The position numbers and the translations under genes are program-made. The notes under the pieces are model-generated. The model ran no database searches. It was not told where the DNA came from and saw only the letters and a program-made list of their open reading frames with translations. Shown here one piece after another: positions 6,580 through 13,392 of a stretch of 36,012 nt of DNA (position 1 is the stretch's first letter; each line of letters starts with the position of its first letter). Source of the DNA: Patescibacteria group bacterium (lineage in GTDB: Bacteria; Patescibacteriota; Minisyncoccia; Phycocordibacterales; Phycocordibacteraceae); contig JAZJXK010000012.1 of assembly GCA_040390955.1 (NCBI GenBank), positions 1 through 36,012 on the forward strand. The letters run 5' to 3'.

Positions 6580-7401
6580 ATGAGTAGATATTCAGCAGAC
6601 AGATTTGTAGAGAGTGGTATCCCCGACTTGCGGGACAACCTCGAAGCAAAAAAGGCTCCAGCCATGGCAGTGCAAGAAGCTGGCCCTTTTGCGAATACCT
6701 ACAAACTTATGGAGCGCTTCGCTCCCCGCGCCCTCCAAGAAGAGCTCTTGCAGGCGACTGCAGCATTGCCGAACGGACGACACCGTGCCCGCTTGAAGGC
6801 AGGAGCTGCTGAAGACGGTACAAAACATGTGCATGACTACATAGTAGATAAAGACGAAACGGGCGTTGCATTTTATTTCGTCGACCCTGAGCACATGATG
6901 GGCGCAAATAAAAAACGCTCAAAAATCAAACTTCCACGCAAATCAGACTTCAAGCCAAAAATCACAAATCTTCTTGGTATTAGAATCAATACTGATCCTG
7001 CTGTTTCTTCTGATTTTTTTGCATTGAGATTCAGAACGGATGCATTTGAAAACCATCAGCTATTCAAATCTGATCATATGCTCGAGGTCGCAGAGCAGGT
7101 ACTCAAAACTGGTGAGATTCCAGAAATGCTCAAAGGTCACGAGAATGAAATCATTTGGCGTTTGAGTGTACAAAGTGACAAAGCCGTCGCACAGGGTAGA
7201 TACGCTGACACGAAGGATCTTACTCGATTCTTGCGTGGAGAGACGCCCACAGCGATGCTTCGCGGAAGAATAAAAACACAGCGTGTTCTCGTAAACAGAT
7301 TTTTGCGACACACACAAAATAGTACGTTTACACCAATTGAAGAGTCTAAAAAGGTTATAGGGCAAGATGGAGATTTTGCCCCACTAGAGGCAGCAGCCTG
7401 A
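6580..7401 (+). CDS. Hypothetical protein, 273 aa
   Basis: A long ORF with a consensus promoter directly upstream. I recognise no motif. It lies between htpX and lemA on the opposite strand. Confidence 0.8.
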   Translation: MSRYSADRFVESGIPDLRDNLEAKKAPAMAVQEAGPFANTYKLMERFAPRALQEELLQATAALPNGRHRARLKAGAAEDGTKHVHDYIVDKDETGVAFYFVDPEHMMGANKKRSKIKLPRKSDFKPKITNLLGIRINTDPAVSSDFFALRFRTDAFENHQLFKSDHMLEVAEQVLKTGEIPEMLKGHENEIIWRLSVQSDKAVAQGRYADTKDLTRFLRGETPTAMLRGRIKTQRVLVNRFLRHTQNSTFTPIEESKKVIGQDGDFAPLEAAA

Positions 7402-7410
7402 GTTCGTTAT

Positions 7411-7971
7411 TTAAAAACGAACCGGCACTGGCTCCTTTGCTGCGGCGTCCGCTTCACCAAGCTCAAACAAATCCATTTTTGAGAAGTGGAACGATGAAGC
7501 AATGATGTTGCCAGGGAATGACTCGATGGCAGTATTCAAACTCATAACGTTCGTATTGTAGAAACGGCGTGCTGCCTGAATTTTATCTTCCGTATCACCA
7601 AGCTCCTTTTGAAGCTGGAGGAAGTTTTGATTTGCCTTGAGGTCTGGATACGCTTCGGATACGGCAAAGAGTGACTTCAATGCGCCAGAGAGCATATTTT
7701 CTGCCTGCCCTTTTGCTGCCACACCACCCGCACTCATTGCAGCCGCGCGCGCTTTCGTAACGTTTTCAAATGCTGATGATTCATGTGCTGCATAGCCTTT
7801 GACTGTCTCAACGAGGTTTGGAATCAAATCGTAGCGGCGCTTCATCTGTACCTCTATGTCAGACCATGCTTCTTTAGCGCGATTTCTTAAACTTACAAAG
7901 CCGTTGTATGCAGCAGCAAGCCATGCAAGAACAACAGCAATAACCCCAAGAACAATGTAGATGATATTCAT
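7411..7971 (-). CDS. lemA: LemA family protein
   Basis: N-terminal TM helix followed by GFVSLRNRAKEAWSDIEVQMKRRYDLIPNLVETVKGYAAHE...RRFYN, which is typical of LemA. Confidence 0.93.
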   Translation of the reverse strand: MNIIYIVLGVIAVVLAWLAAAYNGFVSLRNRAKEAWSDIEVQMKRRYDLIPNLVETVKGYAAHESSAFENVTKARAAAMSAGGVAAKGQAENMLSGALKSLFAVSEAYPDLKANQNFLQLQKELGDTEDKIQAARRFYNTNVMSLNTAIESFPGNIIASSFHFSKMDLFELGEADAAAKEPVPVRF

Positions 7972-7978
7972 AGTGTAT

Positions 7979-8182
7979 TTATTGTATCAGACCTTCACGT
8001 AAAGACTCTTCTTTTGTAGCTTTCAGTCCTAAAAAACCAAGCACGCGAGCGTAACGAATAGCAAATGCTGCACTATTACGCATTGCTCCACCCTTCTGAA
8101 ATTTTCGATGCGATGCTACAAGAACTCCTGCCTCGTCTCTATCCCACGGTAAACCAAATAACTTTCCCATATTTCGAGGCAT
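7979..8182 (-). CDS. Hypothetical small protein, 67 aa
   Basis: Its stop is 7 nt before the lemA ATG and it lies 33 nt after the preceding ORF, so the packing looks like an operon. No recognisable domain. Confidence 0.5.
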   Translation of the reverse strand: MPRNMGKLFGLPWDRDEAGVLVASHRKFQKGGAMRNSAAFAIRYARVLGFLGLKATKEESLREGLIQ

Positions 8183-8215
8183 TAAACACTACAGAAAAAA
8201 TAATTGCAAGAGAAA

Positions 8216-8500
8216 TTAAAATCTTTTTGATTTCTTCAACGCCTCTTCTCGTTCTTTTTTTATTTTTTGAGCAACATTCCATCTCCTCTTTTTAGTACTT
8301 TCAGTAGTGCGACCAAGAATGCGCGAAGCAGTTTTTTCCAAGAGAATCTCTCCCCACCACTTATAACGCAAAATTGGATTACTAAGATGTGTCTTACCTT
8401 CTTCATCAACAAACAAAGCTTTGAGGAGCTTTGAAGGATTTAATCTTGAAAGCAAGGCACCAAGTCTGCCTTCATTTTTTGGTTGCCTTTCATTACCCAT
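8216..8500 (-). CDS. Hypothetical basic small protein, 94 aa
   Basis: It sits directly behind a consensus promoter. The C-terminus is Lys/Arg-rich. Confidence 0.6.
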   Translation of the reverse strand: MGNERQPKNEGRLGALLSRLNPSKLLKALFVDEEGKTHLSNPILRYKWWGEILLEKTASRILGRTTESTKKRRWNVAQKIKKEREEALKKSKRF

Positions 8501-8511
8501 ATGTTCCCATT

Positions 8512-8540
8512 ATTATACATTCAGAAATATATTCTGTCAA
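8512..8540 (-). promoter_or_regulatory. Consensus sigma-70 promoter TTGACA-N17-TATAAT, 11 nt upstream of ATG 8500
   Basis: The reverse strand reads TTGACAGAATATATTTCTGAATGTATAATAATGGGAACAT-ATG. Confidence 0.7.
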
Positions 8541-8556
8541 ACATAACCCTAACGAC

Positions 8557-8591
8557 GACCAAAACAAAACCCTCACTTTCGTGAGGGTTTT
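8557..8591 (-). terminator. Intrinsic terminator ending the groES-groEL-ORF108 transcript
   Basis: The reverse strand reads AAAACCCTCAC-GAAA-GTGAGGGTTTT followed by GTTTTGG. Confidence 0.7.
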
Positions 8592-8601
8592 GTTTCTTAG
8601 G

Positions 8602-8928
8602 TTATCTGAGTGCTCGTAGTCTTTTTCGATGTTCTGTTTTTACCCACTCGGCTCGTTCCTTATCATACCAGTCCCCACTAAAAGTTGTATGCCACATAGG
8701 TTCTTTCGAGCTACCAAATTTATGTGCCATATGGCGTTCGTGTCTAATTAGTTTTGCCATACGCTTCCTGACAATCGCTACCGGCTCATTTTCAGGACCA
8801 TATGTACCAACACCGCTAAGTAAATTTTGAAATACACCTATCGCTGTCCACCAAGTTTTGCGATTCTCTGGATTATTCAATCCAGTTCTTTTTTCACGTG
8901 CCCTTGGCAATGTTCGTCTCTCAGACAT
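8602..8928 (-). CDS. Hypothetical protein, 108 aa, probably co-transcribed with groEL
   Basis: It starts 28 nt after the groEL stop and has a terminator immediately downstream. It is Trp- and His-rich with no recognisable domain. Confidence 0.6.
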   Translation of the reverse strand: MSERRTLPRAREKRTGLNNPENRKTWWTAIGVFQNLLSGVGTYGPENEPVAIVRKRMAKLIRHERHMAHKFGSSKEPMWHTTFSGDWYDKERAEWVKTEHRKRLRALR

Positions 8929-8956
8929 GTTTTCTTTTCCTTTCTATACCTTGATC

Positions 8957-10594
8957 CTAGTAATCCATCCCTCCTCCAGGAGCGCCACCCATTTCTTTCT
9001 TCTCTTCAGGCTCGTCTGCAATGGCAACTTCGGTAGTAAGAAGTATTGCAGCAGCTGAAACTGCATGTTCAAGTCCGCCACGCGTCACCTTCACAGGGTC
9101 AATGATTCCAGAGGCAAACATGTCAGCAACTACTTCATCTTTTACTGCATCATACCCGGCAAAACCTTTTGCATTTTTTACGGCCTCAACAATTACTTCC
9201 CCACTCTCTTTGCCAGCGTTTATCGCAATCTGTTTAAGAGGCTTCAAGAGTGCGGAAAGTACAATGCGGTAGCCAATTTCTTCTTCTTTCGACATCTTCT
9301 TCCAGTCTGCTTCCGCTTCAGCTTTTGCAGCTGCTTTTACAAGCGCGGTGCCACCTCCAGGAACAATGCCTTCTGCGATAGCGGCCTTCGTTGCATTGAC
9401 TGCGTCCTCAATCTTGTCTTTGAGGTACTTCATTTCAGTTTCTGTTGCAGCACCAACACGAATGACTGCCACACCGCCAGAGAGCTTTGCAATGCGCTCC
9501 TGAAGTTTTTCTTTATCGAATTTTGAATCAGTTGCCTCAAGCTGTTTCTTCAAAGACGCGACACGTGCATCAATCACCGACTTCTTTCCTTTCCCACCAA
9601 CAATGATGGTTGAATCTTTCGTTGCAATAACTTTCTGTGCGCGTCCCAAAACCGAGACATCTACTTTATCGAGCACCATACCCACATCTTCCGATACCAC
9701 CGTTGCACCTACCGTTGCCGCAATATCCTGAAGCATTTCCTTCTTTCTATCACCATAGCCTGGCGCTTTCACAGCAAGTACATTGAATGAACCGCGAAGC
9801 TTATTGAGCACAAACGTTGTCAACGCTTCGCCTTCAACATCATCTGCAATAATGACGAGCTCTTTCTTTCCTGACTTTGCAACCGCCTCAAGCACAGGAA
9901 GAATTTCTTGGATTGAAGCAATTTTCTTTTCAGTAATAAGAATTGGCGCGTCGCGATACTCTGCCTCCATTCTCTCCGGATTCGTAATCATGTAGTGCGA
10001 CACGTAGCCACGATCAAACTCCATTCCTTCCACTACTTCCTTCTCAATACCAAATGATTGTGACTCTTCCACAGTCACCACACCATTTTGTCCAACTTCT
10101 TTAATGACTTCCGCAATAGTCTTTCCAATTTCTTCTGACTCCGCAGAAATAGTGGCAACTTGTCGTATGTCTTTGTCGCCTGAAATTGGTTTTGCAATTC
10201 CTTTAAGCGCTTTCACTGAAGCTTCCATGGCCTTTTCCATACCGGTGCGAATGCCCATGGCATTCAAGCCCATTGCCGTGTGCTTCATTCCTTCATCAAC
10301 AAGCGCCTGAAAGAGCACAACGGATGTTGTGGTGCCGTCACCCGCCATATCATTCGTCTTGTTTGCAACTTCTTTCACAATCTCAGCACCCATGTTCTGA
10401 AATTTGTCTTTGAGAGTGATTTCTTTTGCAATCGTAACGCCGTCATTCGTCATGTGAGGGCCGCCGTATCCTTTATCGAGAATAACGTTGCGACCACGAG
10501 GTCCAAGTGTGACTTTCACGGCGCGCGCAACAATATCAATGCCAGTCTTCACTGCGTTTCGTGCCTCTGCATCAAAAAGAATCTTTTTTGCCAT
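8957..10594 (-). CDS. groL: Chaperonin GroEL (Cpn60)
   Basis: Starts MAKKILFDAEARNAVKTGIDIVARAVKVTLGPRGRNV, contains GDGTTT, and ends in a GGM-like tail (GGAPGGGMDY). Confidence 0.98.
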   Translation of the reverse strand: MAKKILFDAEARNAVKTGIDIVARAVKVTLGPRGRNVILDKGYGGPHMTNDGVTIAKEITLKDKFQNMGAEIVKEVANKTNDMAGDGTTTSVVLFQALVDEGMKHTAMGLNAMGIRTGMEKAMEASVKALKGIAKPISGDKDIRQVATISAESEEIGKTIAEVIKEVGQNGVVTVEESQSFGIEKEVVEGMEFDRGYVSHYMITNPERMEAEYRDAPILITEKKIASIQEILPVLEAVAKSGKKELVIIADDVEGEALTTFVLNKLRGSFNVLAVKAPGYGDRKKEMLQDIAATVGATVVSEDVGMVLDKVDVSVLGRAQKVIATKDSTIIVGGKGKKSVIDARVASLKKQLEATDSKFDKEKLQERIAKLSGGVAVIRVGAATETEMKYLKDKIEDAVNATKAAIAEGIVPGGGTALVKAAAKAEAEADWKKMSKEEEIGYRIVLSALLKPLKQIAINAGKESGEVIVEAVKNAKGFAGYDAVKDEVVADMFASGIIDPVKVTRGGLEHAVSAAAILLTTEVAIADEPEEKKEMGGAPGGGMDY

Positions 10595-10597
10595 GGT

Positions 10598-10625
10598 TTT
10601 TAGGTTATAGGTTTTAGGTTATAGG
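10598..10625. repeat. Perfect tandem repeat 2 x 14 nt (TTTTAGGTTATAGG) immediately upstream of the groEL start
   Basis: 10598-10611 is identical to 10612-10625. On the transcribed strand this reads CCTATAACCTAAAA twice, ending 3 nt before the groEL ATG. Confidence 0.8.
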
Positions 10626-10670
10626 CTTCAGTTTTTCCTCCCTGAAAGCTGACACCTAACACCTGAAAGC

Positions 10671-11027
10671 TTAATTAAGAATTGCTAAGATATTTGATTC
10701 ATTCACTAAGAAGTACTCTACGCCGTTTACTTTCACTTCGTCGTAGCCGTATTTTGAGAACATAACTTTGTCACCAACTTTTACTGATACAGGAATGCGC
10801 ATTTCACCATCTTCATTCCACTTTCCAGGACCCACCGCCACAACTCTTCCCTGCTCAGGCTTTTCCTTCGCTGTGTCAGGAATAATGATTCCAGAAAGAG
10901 TGCGCGAACCTGACTCCTCTAATGAGAGCGGTTTAATAACTACTTTGTCGTGAAGAGGTTGAATAGAAACGCCGGTGTTTTTTTGAACACTGCTCTTCGT
11001 GGACGAATTCTGTTTCGTTTTTGCCAT
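10671..11027 (-). CDS. groS: Co-chaperonin GroES (Cpn10) with a ~20-aa polar N-terminal extension
   Basis: IQPLHDKVVIKP...GIIIPDTAKEKPEQGRVVAVGPG...VGDKVMFSKYG. I prefer the start at MAKTKQ (ATG 11027) over the track start at 11069. Confidence 0.93.
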   Translation of the reverse strand: MAKTKQNSSTKSSVQKNTGVSIQPLHDKVVIKPLSLEESGSRTLSGIIIPDTAKEKPEQGRVVAVGPGKWNEDGEMRIPVSVKVGDKVMFSKYGYDEVKVNGVEYFLVNESNILAILN

Positions 11028-11044
11028 ACGTGTAGAGAGCTTTT

Positions 11045-11062
11045 TTAGAACTATTAGAACTA
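11045..11062. promoter_or_regulatory. Perfect tandem 9-mer TTAGAACTA x2 in the predicted groES 5' UTR, a candidate operator
   Basis: 11045-11053 is identical to 11054-11062. Each unit matches the CIRCE half-site TTAGCACTC at 7/9, but the arrangement is direct, not inverted. An adjacent hairpin CACGG-N8-CCGTG is at 11067-11084. Confidence 0.45.
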
Positions 11063-11095
11063 AAGGCACGGATATACACCCGTGATGTAGATTGA

Positions 11096-11124
11096 AGTAT
11101 AAGGAAACGCGTCGGTGCAGTCAA
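11096..11124 (-). promoter_or_regulatory. groESL promoter TTGACT-N17-TATACT
   Basis: The reverse strand reads TTGACTGCACCGACGCGTTTCCTTATACT. The predicted 5' UTR is about 60 nt. Confidence 0.65.
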
Positions 11125-11132
11125 TTTTTAGC

Positions 11133-11155
11133 AGGTTATAGGGGATAGGTTATAG
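11133..11155. repeat. Two further copies of AGGTTATAG(G) just upstream of the groESL -35
   Basis: AGGTTATAGG at 11133-11142 and AGGTTATAG at 11147-11155. The core is the same as in the tandem repeat at 10598-10625. Confidence 0.6.
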
Positions 11156-11278
11156 CGAATAGTTAACGAAGGGGTGAGCGAGCTTTCCCAAAAGCTGGGA
11201 GTTAGCAGTCTCCCTAAACACTAAACGCTATTCCCTATCCACTACCCTCTGCAACAGGTTGCCTCATTTTAACTTCGC

Positions 11279-11533
11279 ATGGTATCCTCTTTTGTAGGCA
11301 CTATGGCTCTCATTCACAGCCTCCTTCCGGGGGTACAAGTCATCCTCTCAATTCTCCTTATCGGAGCAATACTTCTCCAACAGCGTGGAGCGGGCTTAGG
11401 GGGTGCATTTGGCGACAGTACGCAAGAGAACTTCTACACAAGACGCGGGGCGGAGCTTTTCCTATTCCGTGCTTCTATCGCACTCGCTATTCTCTTCGCA
11501 CTCTCAGCACTTCTTGCACTTATCAGCGCATAG
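11279..11533 (+). CDS. secG: Preprotein translocase subunit SecG
   Basis: Two TM helices flank LLQQRGAGLGGAFG, which is the typical SecG signature. An alternative start is at ATG 11303 (MALIHS). Confidence 0.85.
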   Translation: MVSSFVGTMALIHSLLPGVQVILSILLIGAILLQQRGAGLGGAFGDSTQENFYTRRGAELFLFRASIALAILFALSALLALISA

Positions 11534-11560
11534 AAGACTCGAGCGTCCGGTGTCCTCGAA

Positions 11561-13315
11561 ATGAAATCACTACGAGCATTCCTTAGTGCGCTTCTTAAGC
11601 GCAGAGACTTCCGATATACTCGCGCTCTTGAAGCGAAGGCTTCTGTTTTGACGCCTTCAGACTGGCTGGTGGTCGGAGTCCTTGGAACAGTCATGGCATT
11701 TACTGTTGCCTCGATGCTTGCATCAATTTCCCTTTCTCTTGCACTTGAGGTACCTGCACACGGTGGCACCTACACTGAAGGCCTCGCAGAATCTCCTCGC
11801 TTCATTAATCCCCTTCTTGCAGTGTCTGACACTGACCGCGATCTTACGACGCTCGTATTTTCAGGACTCCTTCGTGCTAATCCTGACGGCACGCTTTCAC
11901 CTGATATTGCAAGCGCCTACACCATCAGCGACGATAAATTGACCTATACATTCACTATTAGTGATGCCGCGAGATTCCATGACGGCACACGTGTCACCGC
12001 AGAAGATGTTGCCTACACCGTGCGCACTGCTGAAAACCCTGACATGAAGAGCCCGAGGCGAGCTGATTGGGAGGGTGTCACTGTTACTGTGATTGATCCA
12101 AAAACCGTCTCATTTACTCTCAAAAGCCCCTACGCACCATTTATTGAAAACATGACACTCGGTATCTTGCCAAAACATATCTGGCAGGATGTCACACCCG
12201 AAGAATTTCCATTCAGCACTATTAATGCCGACCCTATCGGCTCTGGCCCCTACCGTGTAAGTAGTTTGAAGAGAAATAACTCTGGCATTCCTATTGAGTA
12301 CCATCTCAAGGCAGTGTCCGAAGGGACCAGAGTTCCTTTCATAGAAAATTTTGTCTTTAAAATTTACGCAAACGATGATGAATTAAAGGCCGCACTCACT
12401 AAGGGCGAGGTTGGAGCGGCACATTCAATAGACACAACCAGCCTGGTTGGAGCACATACCGTGAATGAAGCGGTGTTTGGACGCGTCTTTAGCGTTTTCT
12501 TCAATCAGAGTCAAAATAAGATTTTTGCCGAAACAGCAGTACGACAAGCTTTAGACGCTGCAGTTGACAAACAAGCTCTGGTAAGTACAGTACTTGGAGG
12601 TCACGGCGCCGTCATTGACGGGCCACTCCCTCCTGATTCGGTCACCAAGAGCCAAACGGATTCACGCTCGACGGATGACAGGCTTGCAGGGGCACGCGCA
12701 ATTTTGGCCAAAGCAGGTTGGAAAGCGGGTTCAGATGGTATTCTCACGAAGACTGTCGGCAGTGGCAAAAAGAAGGAAACCCTTCGCCTTGCGTTCTCAC
12801 TCTCAACTTCTAATGTGCCGGAATTAAAGCGCACTGCAGAAATGGTAGCGGACGACTGGAGAGCGCTTGGGGCTGAGATAGAATTGAAGTTCTTTGATCA
12901 AAATGATTTGAATGTTGGCGTTATTAGACCGCGAAAATATGACGCGCTCATCTTTGGACTCGTCATTGGAAGAGAGCTCGATTTATTTGCGTTCTGGCAC
13001 TCAAGCCAGCGCAACGACCCGGGACTTAACATCGCGCTCTACGTCAACAACGCAACCGATAAAAAACTTGAAGGGCTTCGCACAGAGCAAGATCAAGGCA
13101 ATCGTCTTCAAAAAGCGCGCGACATAGCAAACGACATAACTAAAGACGCTGCTGCAGTATTTCTCTACACACCCTACTTCGTGTATGTCACTCCGCAAGC
13201 TCTCTCTGGTATGCACCTTGGAACTATACTTACGCCAAGTGACCGCTTTAATGCAGCCGACACTTGGTATCTCCGCACAGAACGCGTCTGGCCAATCTTC
13301 ACCAAAAAACATTAA
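11561..13315 (+). CDS. ABC transporter substrate-binding protein, family 5 (peptide/nickel type), membrane-anchored; an orphan with no permease or ATPase nearby
   Basis: N-terminal TM anchor, then GGTYTEGL...PRFINPLL...LTYTFTISDAARFHDGTRVTAEDV...NPDMKS, typical of SBP_bac_5. Confidence 0.9.
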   Translation: MKSLRAFLSALLKRRDFRYTRALEAKASVLTPSDWLVVGVLGTVMAFTVASMLASISLSLALEVPAHGGTYTEGLAESPRFINPLLAVSDTDRDLTTLVFSGLLRANPDGTLSPDIASAYTISDDKLTYTFTISDAARFHDGTRVTAEDVAYTVRTAENPDMKSPRRADWEGVTVTVIDPKTVSFTLKSPYAPFIENMTLGILPKHIWQDVTPEEFPFSTINADPIGSGPYRVSSLKRNNSGIPIEYHLKAVSEGTRVPFIENFVFKIYANDDELKAALTKGEVGAAHSIDTTSLVGAHTVNEAVFGRVFSVFFNQSQNKIFAETAVRQALDAAVDKQALVSTVLGGHGAVIDGPLPPDSVTKSQTDSRSTDDRLAGARAILAKAGWKAGSDGILTKTVGSGKKKETLRLAFSLSTSNVPELKRTAEMVADDWRALGAEIELKFFDQNDLNVGVIRPRKYDALIFGLVIGRELDLFAFWHSSQRNDPGLNIALYVNNATDKKLEGLRTEQDQGNRLQKARDIANDITKDAAAVFLYTPYFVYVTPQALSGMHLGTILTPSDRFNAADTWYLRTERVWPIFTKKH

Positions 13316-13392
13316 AAATCTTTACATCGAGAAAAAATTAGAAACAAATTTAAAAAATTATTTAACACATTAGTACCTACTACATTACAATC

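Noticed and set aside
8957-10603. Multiple plus-strand ORFs antisense to groEL (for example 9021-9272, 9065-9526, 10280-10603), and similar antisense ORFs inside the kinase, ABC, ATPase and RNase J genes
   Set aside because: These are typical shadow ORFs on the opposite strand of strongly supported genes. They have no motifs and are fully nested in confident CDSs.
10636-10651. 16-nt exact repeat TCCTCCCTGAAAGCTG shared with 21281-21296
   Set aside because: For a 36-kb window, my rough estimate of chance exact 16-mer pairs (N^2/2 divided by 4^16, uniform composition) is of order 0.1-0.2 per orientation. A single pair is therefore not compelling. The flanks do not extend the similarity.
11045-11062. 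CIRCE (HrcA operator) in the groES leader
   Set aside because: CIRCE is an inverted repeat, TTAGCACTC-N9-GAGTGCTAA. Here the two CIRCE-half-like 9-mers are in direct tandem with no spacer. TTAGCAGTC at about 11199-11207 has no matching inverted partner either. It is reported as a different candidate operator, not as CIRCE.
11028-11069. Longer GroES start (MPLVLIVLKKLSTR...)
   Set aside because: The extra 14 residues are hydrophobic and unlike any GroES. They would also consume the tandem-repeat leader element. ATG 11027 gives a plausible polar extension before the conserved IQPLHDKVVIKP.
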